DNA of 64,000 nt, taken from IMG/VR virus record IMGVR_UViG_3300023174_009221. The stretch is one strand, 5' to 3'. Of this stretch, positions 1 through 9,261 are shown in pieces. Below the pieces are notes generated by a model that saw only the letters and a list, made by a program, of their open reading frames with translations, was not told where the DNA came from and searched no databases. The first letter of the stretch is position 1; the number at the start of each line of letters is the position of its first letter. This stretch comes from a virus. The position numbers were made by a program, and so were the translations under genes.

Positions 1-187
1 TAACCCAAGTTTCTTTTTTAATTTTATGAGTCTCGGTTTCTGATTCTTCAACTTGTTTGTTGAAATTTTTGTCATCATCTTTTGGAAAAAATGATTCTGT
101 TTTTGTGAAAGTTTGAAATTGAAAAGGGCTTTCAAATTGGCTCAGAAATAAATCTGATAGGTCAAATAGGTAATACTTTTTTCTCAT
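1..187 (-). CDS. Hypothetical protein, N-terminal part (runs off window start)
   Basis: Hand translation from ATG at 187: MRKKYYLFDLSDLFLSQFESPFQFQTFTKTESFFPKDDDKNFNKQVEESETETHKIKKETWV, open to base 1; TAnnTTTG promoter upstream. Confidence 0.7.
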   Translation of the reverse strand, partial: MRKKYYLFDLSDLFLSQFESPFQFQTFTKTESFFPKDDDKNFNKQVEESETETHKIKKETWV

Positions 188-216
188 AGTTTTAATTATT
201 TTTTAGTGCATATATT

Positions 217-255
217 CAAATTTAGGACCAAAACAAAAATACTGACAAATTGTCA
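217..255 (-). promoter_or_regulatory. Bacteroidota sigma-A-type promoter (-7 TAAATTTG, -33 TTTG) overlapped by palindrome TGACA-AAT-TGTCA
   Basis: caaattta at 217-224 and caaa at 246-249 (21-nt spacer); perfect palindrome at 243-255. Confidence 0.55.
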
Positions 256-288
256 TATAGTCAATTTAAATTAGAATGTTTCTAAATT

Positions 289-296
289 AATATATA
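289..296 (+). promoter_or_regulatory. Putative phage late promoter AATATATA
   Basis: Recurrent motif a few nt upstream of start codons (also at 9250, 13951, 17616, 23398, 35207, 38232, 40833, 48599, 48926). Confidence 0.55.
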
Positions 297-303
297 AATT
301 GCA

Positions 304-1044
304 ATGGATAAACTAAAAAGGCTATACAATTATCTGAAAAAGAATCAGCAAAAAAAAGTTCTTTTTTTAACAACATCCAATAGATGGAGCGGTGACAAAG
401 AATTACCAAAATCTTCAATTATAGCCGATGAATTAGTAAAAAAACTTGACTCCGAAAATATTAAATTGATTAATGTAGCCAAACTAAATATTTTTTCTTG
501 TGAAGGAAATGTATCTACCAAAAGGGGAAATACTTGTGGCCTAAAGCAAGCTAAGTTATTAGATAAAAAAAAGAATCCAACCGGTTCTATAAGATGTTGG
601 GCGGCTTTGAATAACAAATCAGATGAAATGTATGTAGTAGCAAATGCCATATTTGAAGCAGATATCGTTATTTTCTTTGGCTCAATTAGGTGGGGCAAAA
701 TGAATGCCATCTATACTTCTTTGGTTGAAAGACTGACTTGGTTAGAAAATAGACACACGACTCTAAAAGAATCTAATTTATTAAAAGATAAAGAGTGCGG
801 TGTTGTGGCGGTAGGTCACAACTGGAATGGCGAAGAATCAATTAAATTAGAAAAAGAAGTATTGAAATTCTTTGGTTTTAAAACACCAGCTCAGTTGTCA
901 TTTAACTGGCAGTATTTAAGAAACGCCAACGATGAATCAAAAGAAGGATATCGCCAAGAATTTGGTGACTTCTTAAAAGACTTTGATTTTGTCGAAACCC
1001 TACAGGAATCGGTAATTAGATTTATAGAGTGGTTAAAAAGATAA
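304..1044 (+). CDS. Flavodoxin-fold NADPH-dependent FMN reductase / iron-sulfur flavoprotein-like protein
   Basis: LFLTTSNR...S flavin-binding loop, Cys residues (C66, C78, C98), ADIVIFFGSIRWG segment. Confidence 0.7.
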   Translation: MDKLKRLYNYLKKNQQKKVLFLTTSNRWSGDKELPKSSIIADELVKKLDSENIKLINVAKLNIFSCEGNVSTKRGNTCGLKQAKLLDKKKNPTGSIRCWAALNNKSDEMYVVANAIFEADIVIFFGSIRWGKMNAIYTSLVERLTWLENRHTTLKESNLLKDKECGVVAVGHNWNGEESIKLEKEVLKFFGFKTPAQLSFNWQYLRNANDESKEGYRQEFGDFLKDFDFVETLQESVIRFIEWLKR

Positions 1045-1046
1045 CA

Positions 1047-1382
1047 CTAAGAAAGTTTATCTTTTAATCTGACAAGCTGAAACATTTTTTTAGCATTAAA
1101 TCCATGAAATTTCTGCATGTTGCACATAACCCAGTCAATGTCATTAATTCTTTTTTGACTATGTTTGATATAAGTTATACCATATCTTTCTCGAACTTTA
1201 TCAATTTCATCAAATTCTTTGTGATAGAGATCATCATAACTACAATCAGACTTATCAATTATTTTAATGAAATTATTAAGCCTGACTAACAATTCAAATT
1301 TAATATCATAAAAAGGTTTTCCACTGTTTAACATATCGATAATTTTTCTATCGACCATATCATTTATCTTCTCTTTTGTCAT
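1047..1382 (-). CDS. Hypothetical protein
   Basis: 111-aa ORF; TATATTTG (-7) element upstream at 1393-1400. Confidence 0.65.
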   Translation of the reverse strand: MTKEKINDMVDRKIIDMLNSGKPFYDIKFELLVRLNNFIKIIDKSDCSYDDLYHKEFDEIDKVRERYGITYIKHSQKRINDIDWVMCNMQKFHGFNAKKMFQLVRLKDKLS

Positions 1383-1431
1383 AATTTTAAAACAAATATA
1401 TCAAATTTTTCTTAGATAAAAAAATAAAAAG

Positions 1432-1797
1432 TTAATTTGATATGGCGCCTTTAATTATCAAATCTCTTCTAAGTGATTTAATCAGGTAAATTTCTTCTTC
1501 AAGTTGGTTAATTTTTTTAACATCGTCACTTTGATGACTAAGCAGAGTTAATAAATTTTTTACCTGTTTATTCAACAATTTCAAAGATAAAGGTTTTTTA
1601 TTATAATTTAGCCAATCCATTTTAATATAATTTGGCATTTGTGAAATATCAAATATTTTTTCATCCCATTCTTCTAAATAGTAGTAACAATTGTCTATTT
1701 CGGCAAGAATTAGCATTATATTTTTAATTTCAGACTTGTCAAAATCAGAAGTCACCACCACGGTTTTCCATGGTAGTAGATTAATTTCTCTTATCAT
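1432..1797 (-). CDS. Hypothetical protein with C-terminal RD-x-x-I motif
   Basis: 121-aa ORF coupled to the upstream gene; ends SLRRDLIIKGAISN. Confidence 0.65.
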   Translation of the reverse strand: MIREINLLPWKTVVVTSDFDKSEIKNIMLILAEIDNCYYYLEEWDEKIFDISQMPNYIKMDWLNYNKKPLSLKLLNKQVKNLLTLLSHQSDDVKKINQLEEEIYLIKSLRRDLIIKGAISN

Positions 1798-2404
1798 TTG
1801 AGTAATTATCTAAAAAGTCTATTTCTTCAGGAGTTAGTGCTGGTAAACCATATTGTGATATCTTATCAAGTAGTTCATCAATATCAAAAACTTTAGTCTG
1901 TTTGATTTCGTCTTGTTGAACCTCAGGTATGGAAAAGATAGGATTTTTAATTATTTCATCGATTTTATATCCGATTGACTTTTCAAAATCTTCTCTGTAA
2001 AAAATAAAACCTAATACCTCAATAATATCATTTATTTTTTTATTGTAAATTAGACATATTGACTTAATGATTTGCTCGATAATCTCGTTTTCAACTGAGT
2101 CAGAAGTGTAAAGACAAGTGGTATTTTGAAAAATAGCAATATCGTCTCTATCGATTAGATATATGATATCAACAAGACCATGGTTGACTAAATTGACCTG
2201 TATATAAACAGTGTCGTTCATTCTGGTCTTAAATTGAGACTCACCGGCTTTTATTCGACCAAGTGCTTCTATAAATTGATTTCTTTTGGAGTTTAAAGTT
2301 CTTTGGTTATCTATTGAAATTAGGCGCTGCATTATTTTTTTTGTTAAAAGTATACCAATTGCGATTCCAACAAAAAGTGACAATACTGCCGATATCCAAA
2401 TCAT
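1781..2404 (-). CDS. Membrane-anchored protein with DUF6576-like C-terminus
   Basis: N-terminal TM helix; C-terminal DIDELLDKISQYGLPALTPEEIDFL. Confidence 0.6.
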   Translation of the reverse strand: MIWISAVLSLFVGIAIGILLTKKIMQRLISIDNQRTLNSKRNQFIEALGRIKAGESQFKTRMNDTVYIQVNLVNHGLVDIIYLIDRDDIAIFQNTTCLYTSDSVENEIIEQIIKSICLIYNKKINDIIEVLGFIFYREDFEKSIGYKIDEIIKNPIFSIPEVQQDEIKQTKVFDIDELLDKISQYGLPALTPEEIDFLDNYSNDKRN

Positions 2405-2462
2405 AGACTATATATTTGTTTTATTACTTTAATATTTAAATATTTGGACATATTTTCACAGG

Positions 2463-3803
2463 CTATTTAAATTTCTTTTTTAATTCATTTAAATCAGAGA
2501 CATACATATCCTTTGGTTCAGTTTCTTCCATTTTCTTAATCTCATCTTTCTTTTCAATAAAATCTGCTTTTAGTTTGTCATACACCTCTTTAGTTAGTGA
2601 GTAGATAGGCATTCTAAGTAGATAATCGTATGAATTGTCAATTAAATCAAGTTTCATTTCTTCAACACCTTTAATAATTTCTGATTTTGCGACATTATTT
2701 ACCTTAAGTTTTTGGTCAATAATGGCTTTGATAAACTTGCCTCTATTAGAGAGAATCTTTAACTCCTGGTTCATTTTATCCAGCAAATGTCTTTTTCTTT
2801 TATCGTAATAAGTAAGTCTAAATTTGACAAAGTATTCAATTATTTCCTCTGAAGTTTCAAATATTTTTAACTTACCTGATTCATCAAGAGTCGAAAAAAT
2901 TTCAGTAGAAGATTCTTCTAATTTTAAGATTTTGATTAACTTTTCATCATCTAAATTTTCTAAATCAGCTCGTGTAAATTTAATTACATAATCAATATTG
3001 TCTTTGCAATTGTCATCATAACTAACGATTATCTTATCATCAACTAATTTGTCTAAAATATCTTCATATTTTTCATAAGTCATTGACGGTGGTAGTTCTG
3101 AAATCTTAACAGTTGATGTATTGACCTTTTTAAAGTTTCCTCTAATTATCCATCTTTTTTTATTTTCAGGATCTTGAATATACTGACCGGTAAAATTTGA
3201 TAATTTTGGTTTTATGAAACCAATTTTTTTTTGGTCTAAAACTCTAAGACAAGCATCAATAATGTCTTTGATGTCTCTATTTAAGACGTTTGAAGCAAAC
3301 CCCACAGCAATTCCAGAAGATCCATTTAACAAAACAGTGGGTATTATTGGTAAAAAATAATGCGGCTCAATCACTTCACCTTCTTCTTCTTTAAAATTTA
3401 ATAGTTCAAAATCTTTATAAATTAGTCTAAAATTTTGAGATAGTTTAGTTCCGATATATCTCGCGGCACCTGGTTGCGGAGACCTAAGCGAACCAAATTG
3501 CCCCTCTTCTTCTAAAAGCGGCGCATTGTTTTTGAATTTTTGAGCCATTGTGATAATGGCATTAGAAAGACTTGAATCCCCGTGATGGTAAAAACAATCT
3601 GACGCGACTTTACCGGATAATTGAAAAACTTTAAGTGTTTTTTCGGTTCCGGTTTTCCAAATTTGATTTGCAACGTGAATTATCTTTCTTTGTGTCGGTT
3701 TAAATCCGTCTATCACTGATGGTATTGCCCTACCTTCAATAACATACATTGCAAACTCCTTATACTCCTGTGATAAAAATTCAGAAATGCTCTTTTCCAC
3801 CAT
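2463..3803 (-). CDS. DNA topoisomerase II medium subunit (T4 gp52 / GyrA-ParC-like)
   Basis: RAIPSVIDGFKPTQRK, YHHGDSS, GQFGS...AARY catalytic Tyr, LLNGSSGIAVGF. Confidence 0.96.
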   Translation of the reverse strand: MVEKSISEFLSQEYKEFAMYVIEGRAIPSVIDGFKPTQRKIIHVANQIWKTGTEKTLKVFQLSGKVASDCFYHHGDSSLSNAIITMAQKFKNNAPLLEEEGQFGSLRSPQPGAARYIGTKLSQNFRLIYKDFELLNFKEEEGEVIEPHYFLPIIPTVLLNGSSGIAVGFASNVLNRDIKDIIDACLRVLDQKKIGFIKPKLSNFTGQYIQDPENKKRWIIRGNFKKVNTSTVKISELPPSMTYEKYEDILDKLVDDKIIVSYDDNCKDNIDYVIKFTRADLENLDDEKLIKILKLEESSTEIFSTLDESGKLKIFETSEEIIEYFVKFRLTYYDKRKRHLLDKMNQELKILSNRGKFIKAIIDQKLKVNNVAKSEIIKGVEEMKLDLIDNSYDYLLRMPIYSLTKEVYDKLKADFIEKKDEIKKMEETEPKDMYVSDLNELKKKFK

Positions 3804-3882
3804 AATTGATTATATAACTATTTATAATATTGTTTTTGAGGACTATATACTTGTTTAACCTAAACTAATTCCATTTTAAAGC

Positions 3883-4623
3883 CTATCTAAATCCAATTAC
3901 CACCAATCGTATTTCACCTGATAAGTCTTCGTATAAAAAAGAACAACTTTCGCAGAAGTCTCCGGTGTTGTAATAGTTAAACTGACCTGATCTATCGATA
4001 TCTGGAGTATGTATATGTCCAATCATTATACCATCACAGTCGACCTCTTTTACTTTTTTCATCGATAAAATTTTGAAATCATTTATAAAGGCGATGGCAT
4101 TTTTTACTCTGGATTTTAGATACTGAGATAGCGACCAATATTGTAGTCCAAATAATCTTCTTAATTTATTATAGATATTATTAATCTTAAAACTCATTTC
4201 GTATGCCCAGTCACCTAAAACATAAAGAAATGGGTGTAGTCTAATGAACCCGTCGAATTGATCTCCGTGGCAAATGTATATCTTTTCTCCAGAGGAGGTA
4301 GTATGGAAATATTGGTCACAGATTAAAATATTTCCTAAATTAATATTTTCTTCTTCAATTAAACCTCTAAGGTAATAGTCGTGATTTCCCAAAACATAAA
4401 CAACTTCCACTCCTTTTCTTGAAAATCTAAGTATCTTCTGAATAACAGTAGAGTGATCGGGTTTCCAATAAAATTTTCTTTTAATCGAAGTCAAATCAAT
4501 GAAATCTCCGACAATTACCAACTTTTCAAATTCATAATTTTTAAACACTTGTAATAATTTGTCTGCTTGGCATTTTGAAGTTCCAAGATGCACATCGGAT
4601 ATAAAAAGGGTTTTAATTTTCAT
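3883..4623 (-). CDS. Calcineurin-like metallophosphoesterase (LpxH / UDP-2,3-diacylglucosamine hydrolase-like)
   Basis: ISDVHLG, VGDFID, GNHD, HGD, GHIH motifs. Confidence 0.85.
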   Translation of the reverse strand: MKIKTLFISDVHLGTSKCQADKLLQVFKNYEFEKLVIVGDFIDLTSIKRKFYWKPDHSTVIQKILRFSRKGVEVVYVLGNHDYYLRGLIEEENINLGNILICDQYFHTTSSGEKIYICHGDQFDGFIRLHPFLYVLGDWAYEMSFKINNIYNKLRRLFGLQYWSLSQYLKSRVKNAIAFINDFKILSMKKVKEVDCDGIMIGHIHTPDIDRSGQFNYYNTGDFCESCSFLYEDLSGEIRLVVIGFR

Positions 4624-4759
4624 ACTCTATTTATTATTTAAATTTTTATAATTTAAGCCAATTTAACAGAGGAGTCTGATTATCTGATATAATAATAGAT
4701 ATTTCAAACAATTTTTTATTTTACTATAAAATATATGTTAAATAAAAAAATTAACTAAT

Positions 4760-5353
4760 ATGAAAGTAATGAATCTATTGAACTGGGAGTTCTCCGAAGG
4801 TCTGATAAAATCGGATAAAACAACTCGCATAACATCATCAGAAAATGATTTGGTTAATAGTAAAGTTTTTTACGAAGATTTAACAAAGCATGATGCAAAA
4901 TTAATAATAGGCAAATTCTGTTCAATATCCACCCGTGTCTCTTTTTTTTTAGGTGGAAATCATAACATCAAACGAATATCGACTTGGCTACCTGACCCTG
5001 ATATGAAATACGATGAAACCGGAAATTTGCTAACTAAGGGTGACATTATTGTTGAAAATGATGTTTGGATTGGCATGAATGTTATGATAATGTCTGGTGT
5101 CAAAATAGGCAGTGGCTCGGTGATAGGTGCCGGTGCGGTTGTAAGTCAAGATATCCAACCGTATAGTATCGTGGTTGGAAACCCTGCCAGAGTAATTAAA
5201 AAAAGATTTACAGATGAGCAAATTGATATTTTATTAAAAAGTGAATGGTGGAATTGGGATTTTAGTATTATACAAGAAAATTCCGAAATCATATTTGGCG
5301 AATCTTTTGAAAAATTTGAGGAGCTAACCAAGATTTATGAAATAGATAAATAA
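4760..5353 (+). CDS. CatB/Vat-family hexapeptide-repeat O-acetyltransferase
   Basis: IGKFCSIS, KGDIIVENDVWIG, VVGNPARVIKKRF, WWNW. Confidence 0.88.
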   Translation: MKVMNLLNWEFSEGLIKSDKTTRITSSENDLVNSKVFYEDLTKHDAKLIIGKFCSISTRVSFFLGGNHNIKRISTWLPDPDMKYDETGNLLTKGDIIVENDVWIGMNVMIMSGVKIGSGSVIGAGAVVSQDIQPYSIVVGNPARVIKKRFTDEQIDILLKSEWWNWDFSIIQENSEIIFGESFEKFEELTKIYEIDK

Positions 5354-5410
5354 AATTACAATTAGAGACCACCCTGATAAGTCAGTAGAAATTAAAAAAA
5401 TAATTAAAAA

Positions 5411-7156
5411 GTGAAAAAAATCGAAGACAAATATAAAGTTTTAGACCAAATAACACATATACTTTTAAGACCGCAGACATATGTAGGTTCTAATAAACCA
5501 AACACATCTATCAAAAATGTGATAGAAGAGGGTCAGGTAGTTCAAAGAGAAATTACATTTATTCCATCATTTGTTAAAATATTTGATGAAGTGGTTACAA
5601 ATTCAGTCGATGAAAATAAAAGAAATAAAAACCTAAATAAGATTGATATTTCAGTAGATGTTGAAAATAATACTATCTCAGTAAAAGATAACGGCGGAAT
5701 CCCAGTGGTAATTCATAAAGACCATAACCAGTATGTTCCAGAAGTTATTTTTGGAAATTTGATGTCAGGAAGTAATTACGATGACTCTGATGAAAGAACA
5801 GTTGCTGGATTGAATGGTCTGGGTGCTAAATTAACTAATGTTTTTTCACTGCAATTCACAATTTCAACTTGTGATGGTAAAAACCATTTTTTTCAGACTT
5901 TTTCAAATAATATGAGAGAAAGAAGTGTTCCAACTATTAAAAAGTCAAAAATAAACCACACCGAGATAAAGTATAAACCCGATTTATCACAATTTGGTAT
6001 AGATAAATTAGACGATGACCATTTTAAGATGATTGAAAAAAGAGTCTATGATTTAGCAGGAACAAATCCAGATATAAAATTCACATTTAATGAAACTAAA
6101 ATAAATTTCAACTCATTTGAAGATTACATCAAATTATACACACAAGACTATTTCTTTGAAGAAGCAAAAGATAAATCGTGGTCCGTTGGTATTGCACTTT
6201 CAGAAAATGGATTTTCGCATGTCAGTTTTGCTAACTCCACAGAAACTTATGATGGCGGAACACATGTTGATTACATTATCAATCAAATTATCACGGAGTT
6301 AAGAGCCTTCTTTACTAAAAGGCATAAAGTAGATGTTAAACCATCGGAGTTAAAACAACATATCTTTCTTTTTCTCAATTCAACTGTAATCAACCCCAGT
6401 TTTTCTTCACAGACAAAAGAAAAGTTAATCACAGAAGTTAAAGATTTTGGGTCTACTTTTGAGATTTCAAATAAATTAATTCAACAGATTCTAAAATCCG
6501 AAATTGTAAATTCGATACTCGATTGGATTCAACAAAAAAAATCAGCCGAAGACTCGAAATTACAAAGAGAATTAAATAAAAAACTATCAAAAATTAAAGT
6601 TGAAAAATTAATTGACGCTAAGGGAAAAGACCGTTGGAAGTGTCAAATCGGACTTTTTGAAGGGGATTGCCTACATGAGGATACTCTTATAAGAATTATA
6701 AGAGATGGTGATATTATAGATGAAAAAATTAAAAATATCAATACAGAGGATTTAGTCATTACTCACAATAATTCAATATCCAATATTTATTCTTTTACAA
6801 AAAAAATCAAAAAGAAAGCTGTTATAAAAACTAAGACTGAGGATGTTATTTGTAGCCATGAACATAAATGGTTCGTATATGATACCGAAAAAAATGAATT
6901 TTATTTTGAACTAACGAGTAAAATAAATAAGCAAAGACATAAGCTAGTAAAAAACTACTTAGCATTTACAGAATCTTTGATCGAAGTCAAAGAAAATGAT
7001 GGATATACATTAAAAATACTCTCTGGTGATATTATAGAAACTAATCCGGAACACAAGTTCGCTATATTCAACAAAGAATTAAATAAATTTGAAATGTTAG
7101 AATCTTTGAAAATAAAACCAGGTAAGCATTTTCTTATCAACACCTTCAAATTATAG
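5411..7156 (+). CDS. DNA topoisomerase II large subunit, N-terminal part (GHKL ATPase + transducer; T4 gp39-like), fused to N-terminal split intein
   Basis: HILLRPQTYVGS, EVVTNSVDE, DNGGIP, GLNGLGAKLTN; topoisomerase similarity stops at FEGD (aa 419), followed by Cys-initiated intein sequence. Confidence 0.95.
   Translation: MKKIEDKYKVLDQITHILLRPQTYVGSNKPNTSIKNVIEEGQVVQREITFIPSFVKIFDEVVTNSVDENKRNKNLNKIDISVDVENNTISVKDNGGIPVVIHKDHNQYVPEVIFGNLMSGSNYDDSDERTVAGLNGLGAKLTNVFSLQFTISTCDGKNHFFQTFSNNMRERSVPTIKKSKINHTEIKYKPDLSQFGIDKLDDDHFKMIEKRVYDLAGTNPDIKFTFNETKINFNSFEDYIKLYTQDYFFEEAKDKSWSVGIALSENGFSHVSFANSTETYDGGTHVDYIINQIITELRAFFTKRHKVDVKPSELKQHIFLFLNSTVINPSFSSQTKEKLITEVKDFGSTFEISNKLIQQILKSEIVNSILDWIQQKKSAEDSKLQRELNKKLSKIKVEKLIDAKGKDRWKCQIGLFEGDCLHEDTLIRIIRDGDIIDEKIKNINTEDLVITHNNSISNIYSFTKKIKKKAVIKTKTEDVICSHEHKWFVYDTEKNEFYFELTSKINKQRHKLVKNYLAFTESLIEVKENDGYTLKILSGDIIETNPEHKFAIFNKELNKFEMLESLKIKPGKHFLINTFKL
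6668..7153 (+). other. Split intein, N-terminal half (162 aa)
   Basis: Block A CLHEDTLI; block-B-like CSHEHKW and TNPEHKF; basic C-terminus, then stop. Confidence 0.9.
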
Positions 7157-7199
7157 AATAACCTTCAAAATTACATATTTTACTTCTAATACATAGAGT

Positions 7200-8519
7200 A
7201 TGATATATAACTATGAATATAAAGGAAGGATTTACAATTTCAATTGTAAAAGATTAGACAGAATAGATTCATCACTAAAAGTATCAATAAGAAGAAAACT
7301 CAAAATCCCGATAGGAAAATATTTGGATTATCTGGGTTTTGATATAGAAAAGTGTAGAGTTTGTAATTCTGGTTACCCACCTGTAAATATACATGTTGAA
7401 ATAAACAACAAAAGTCAAATTAAAATAAAAGGATTTTCATATAAAAAACTAATTTATTGCTATGGAGAAAATGAACATTGTCAAGGTATAAAAATGAATC
7501 CCAATTCATTTGAATTCATATCATTGGTTAATAAAGTATCATTGGAAGAGGCAAAAATATTACTAAAAAATAATAATGGAAGTCCATTCTATAAAGAAAA
7601 TCATAATTCTGAAAATTCTTACAAAGAGTTTCAATCTAGATCCGTTGATAACTATATAAAAAAATATGGAGAGGAATTAGGTAGACAAAAATATTTAGAA
7701 CACATATCTAAAATTTCTTTATCAAATAGTAGAGAAGGATATATACAAAAATATGGAGAAGATTTGGGAATTAAATTATTCCAGGAAGTATCAAATAAAA
7801 AAGATTCAATGTCTTTGGATTTCTTCATTAAGAAAAATAATGGTGATTTAGAATCAGCAATAACCGAATATGAATATAGATTATCTAAAGTAAATAACTC
7901 AATTAGTAACTTGATTAATAAATTTGGTGAAAAAGTAGGATTGGAAAAACATAAAATAAGAGTTGATAAGTATAGAAAAACCTTTGACTCAAATCCACAA
8001 AAAGAAAAAATAAATAAATCACGAGCTATTACAATTGATAATTTATTGAAAAAATACGGCGATATTGAAACCGCAACTAAAATTTATCACCAATGGTTAG
8101 AAAAAGTAACAGTTCCTTTTTGTGTCGCATCCAAAGAGTCATTAAAGATTTTTAATCCACTTATAGATATTTTAACCAGTAAATTAAATATAGATATTTC
8201 TGATATCTGTATAGGGAAACCAAATAAACAAGAATATTTCATAAAAGATAGTGATAAAATTTATTTCTATGATTTTACAATAAGAAGTAAGAAAATCATC
8301 ATTGAATACAATGGAGTTTTGTATCATCCAAAAAATGAAAATTCAACTTGGACAAATCCATTTGATATAAGTATTACTCCTGAAATAGCGTTTAAAAAAC
8401 AACAAGATAAAATAGAAACGGCAAAAGCAAATGGATTCAGGGTTCTAGAGATTTGGTCAGATGAGGAAAATAAATTAGAGAAGTGTTTGGAATTTATAAA
8501 AAATAATATTGATAAATGA
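7200..8519 (+). mobile_element. Free-standing homing endonuclease (Vsr/DUF559-like PD-(D/E)XK) between the split-intein halves
   Basis: CxxC, repeated K(Y/F)GE motifs, C-terminal YFYDF...IIIEYNGVLYH...GFRVLEIW; ATGA overlap with the next gene. Confidence 0.82.
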
Positions 8520-8650
8520 TAGTAGAGAATTTTTTAGAACTTATAGATATAGATTCAATTGATATCACAAATGAGTACGTGAACATGGTTGACATATCAG
8601 TTGATGTTGATCAATCTTTTCTGTTAAGCAATGGTCTCGTATCTCATAAT
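8516..8650 (+). other. Split intein, C-terminal half (45 aa)
   Basis: Acidic N-terminus, block F MVDISVDVDQSFLL, block G NGLVSHN followed by Ser(+1). Confidence 0.92.
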
Positions 8651-9238
8651 TCGGCAATTTCGGCTTTCAGAAAATACAGAACACCAGAAACAATGGGTGC
8701 TTTTGCACTTAAAGGAAAATTCGTGAATGTTTCAGAGATGACCAATCAAAAACTGGTCGGAAATGACGAAGTGGTTAATTTAATGGCATCGATTGGATTA
8801 AAACTGGGCCAAGAAATTACTCTCAAAGACCTTAGATACGGTAGAATTCTTTTTTACGTTGACGCTGACGCAGACGGTAACTCGATTGCTGGTCTGCTCA
8901 TTAACTTTTTTTACAAATATTGGCCGGATATGTTTGATAGAAAAATGATTTGGAAAGTAGAAACTCCAATTGTAGTTGCTATACCAAAATCAAAAACCAA
9001 AAAGAAATTACTTTTTTATACCCAAGCAGAGTATAATGAATGGGAAAAAACAAATGATGTCAAACAGTGGGAAATAAAGTATAAAAAAGGTTTAGCGGCA
9101 CTTGTCGATGACGAGTATCAAGATATTATTAATAACCCAAAAATGACCTTAATTACAAAAGACGAGGCTACGAAGCTATCACTTGAAATTTGGTTTGGAA
9201 AAAACTCAGATTTAAGAAAAGTAGAACTATTGAAATAG
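8516..9238 (+). CDS. C-terminal split intein fused to topoisomerase II TOPRIM C-terminal part (T4 gp60-like)
   Basis: After ...GLVSHN comes SAISAF; then LKGKFVN, LRYGRI, VDADADG (DxDxDG), YKKGL. Confidence 0.95.
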   Translation: MIVENFLELIDIDSIDITNEYVNMVDISVDVDQSFLLSNGLVSHNSAISAFRKYRTPETMGAFALKGKFVNVSEMTNQKLVGNDEVVNLMASIGLKLGQEITLKDLRYGRILFYVDADADGNSIAGLLINFFYKYWPDMFDRKMIWKVETPIVVAIPKSKTKKKLLFYTQAEYNEWEKTNDVKQWEIKYKKGLAALVDDEYQDIINNPKMTLITKDEATKLSLEIWFGKNSDLRKVELLK

Positions 9239-9249
9239 AAAAAAAAATT

Positions 9250-9257
9250 AATATATA
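9250..9257 (+). promoter_or_regulatory. Putative late promoter AATATATA
   Basis: 4 nt upstream of ATG 9262. Confidence 0.55.
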
Positions 9258-9261
9258 ACTA

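Noticed and set aside
4760-5353. Bona fide antibiotic-resistance gene (catB/vat)
   Set aside because: Family motifs alone cannot establish the substrate; many homologs are sugar acetyltransferases
7157-8515. Group I intron or T4 gene 60-style ribosomal bypass as the way topoisomerase is rejoined
   Set aside because: The spacer is only 43 nt with no ribozyme core, and clear intein blocks flank the break
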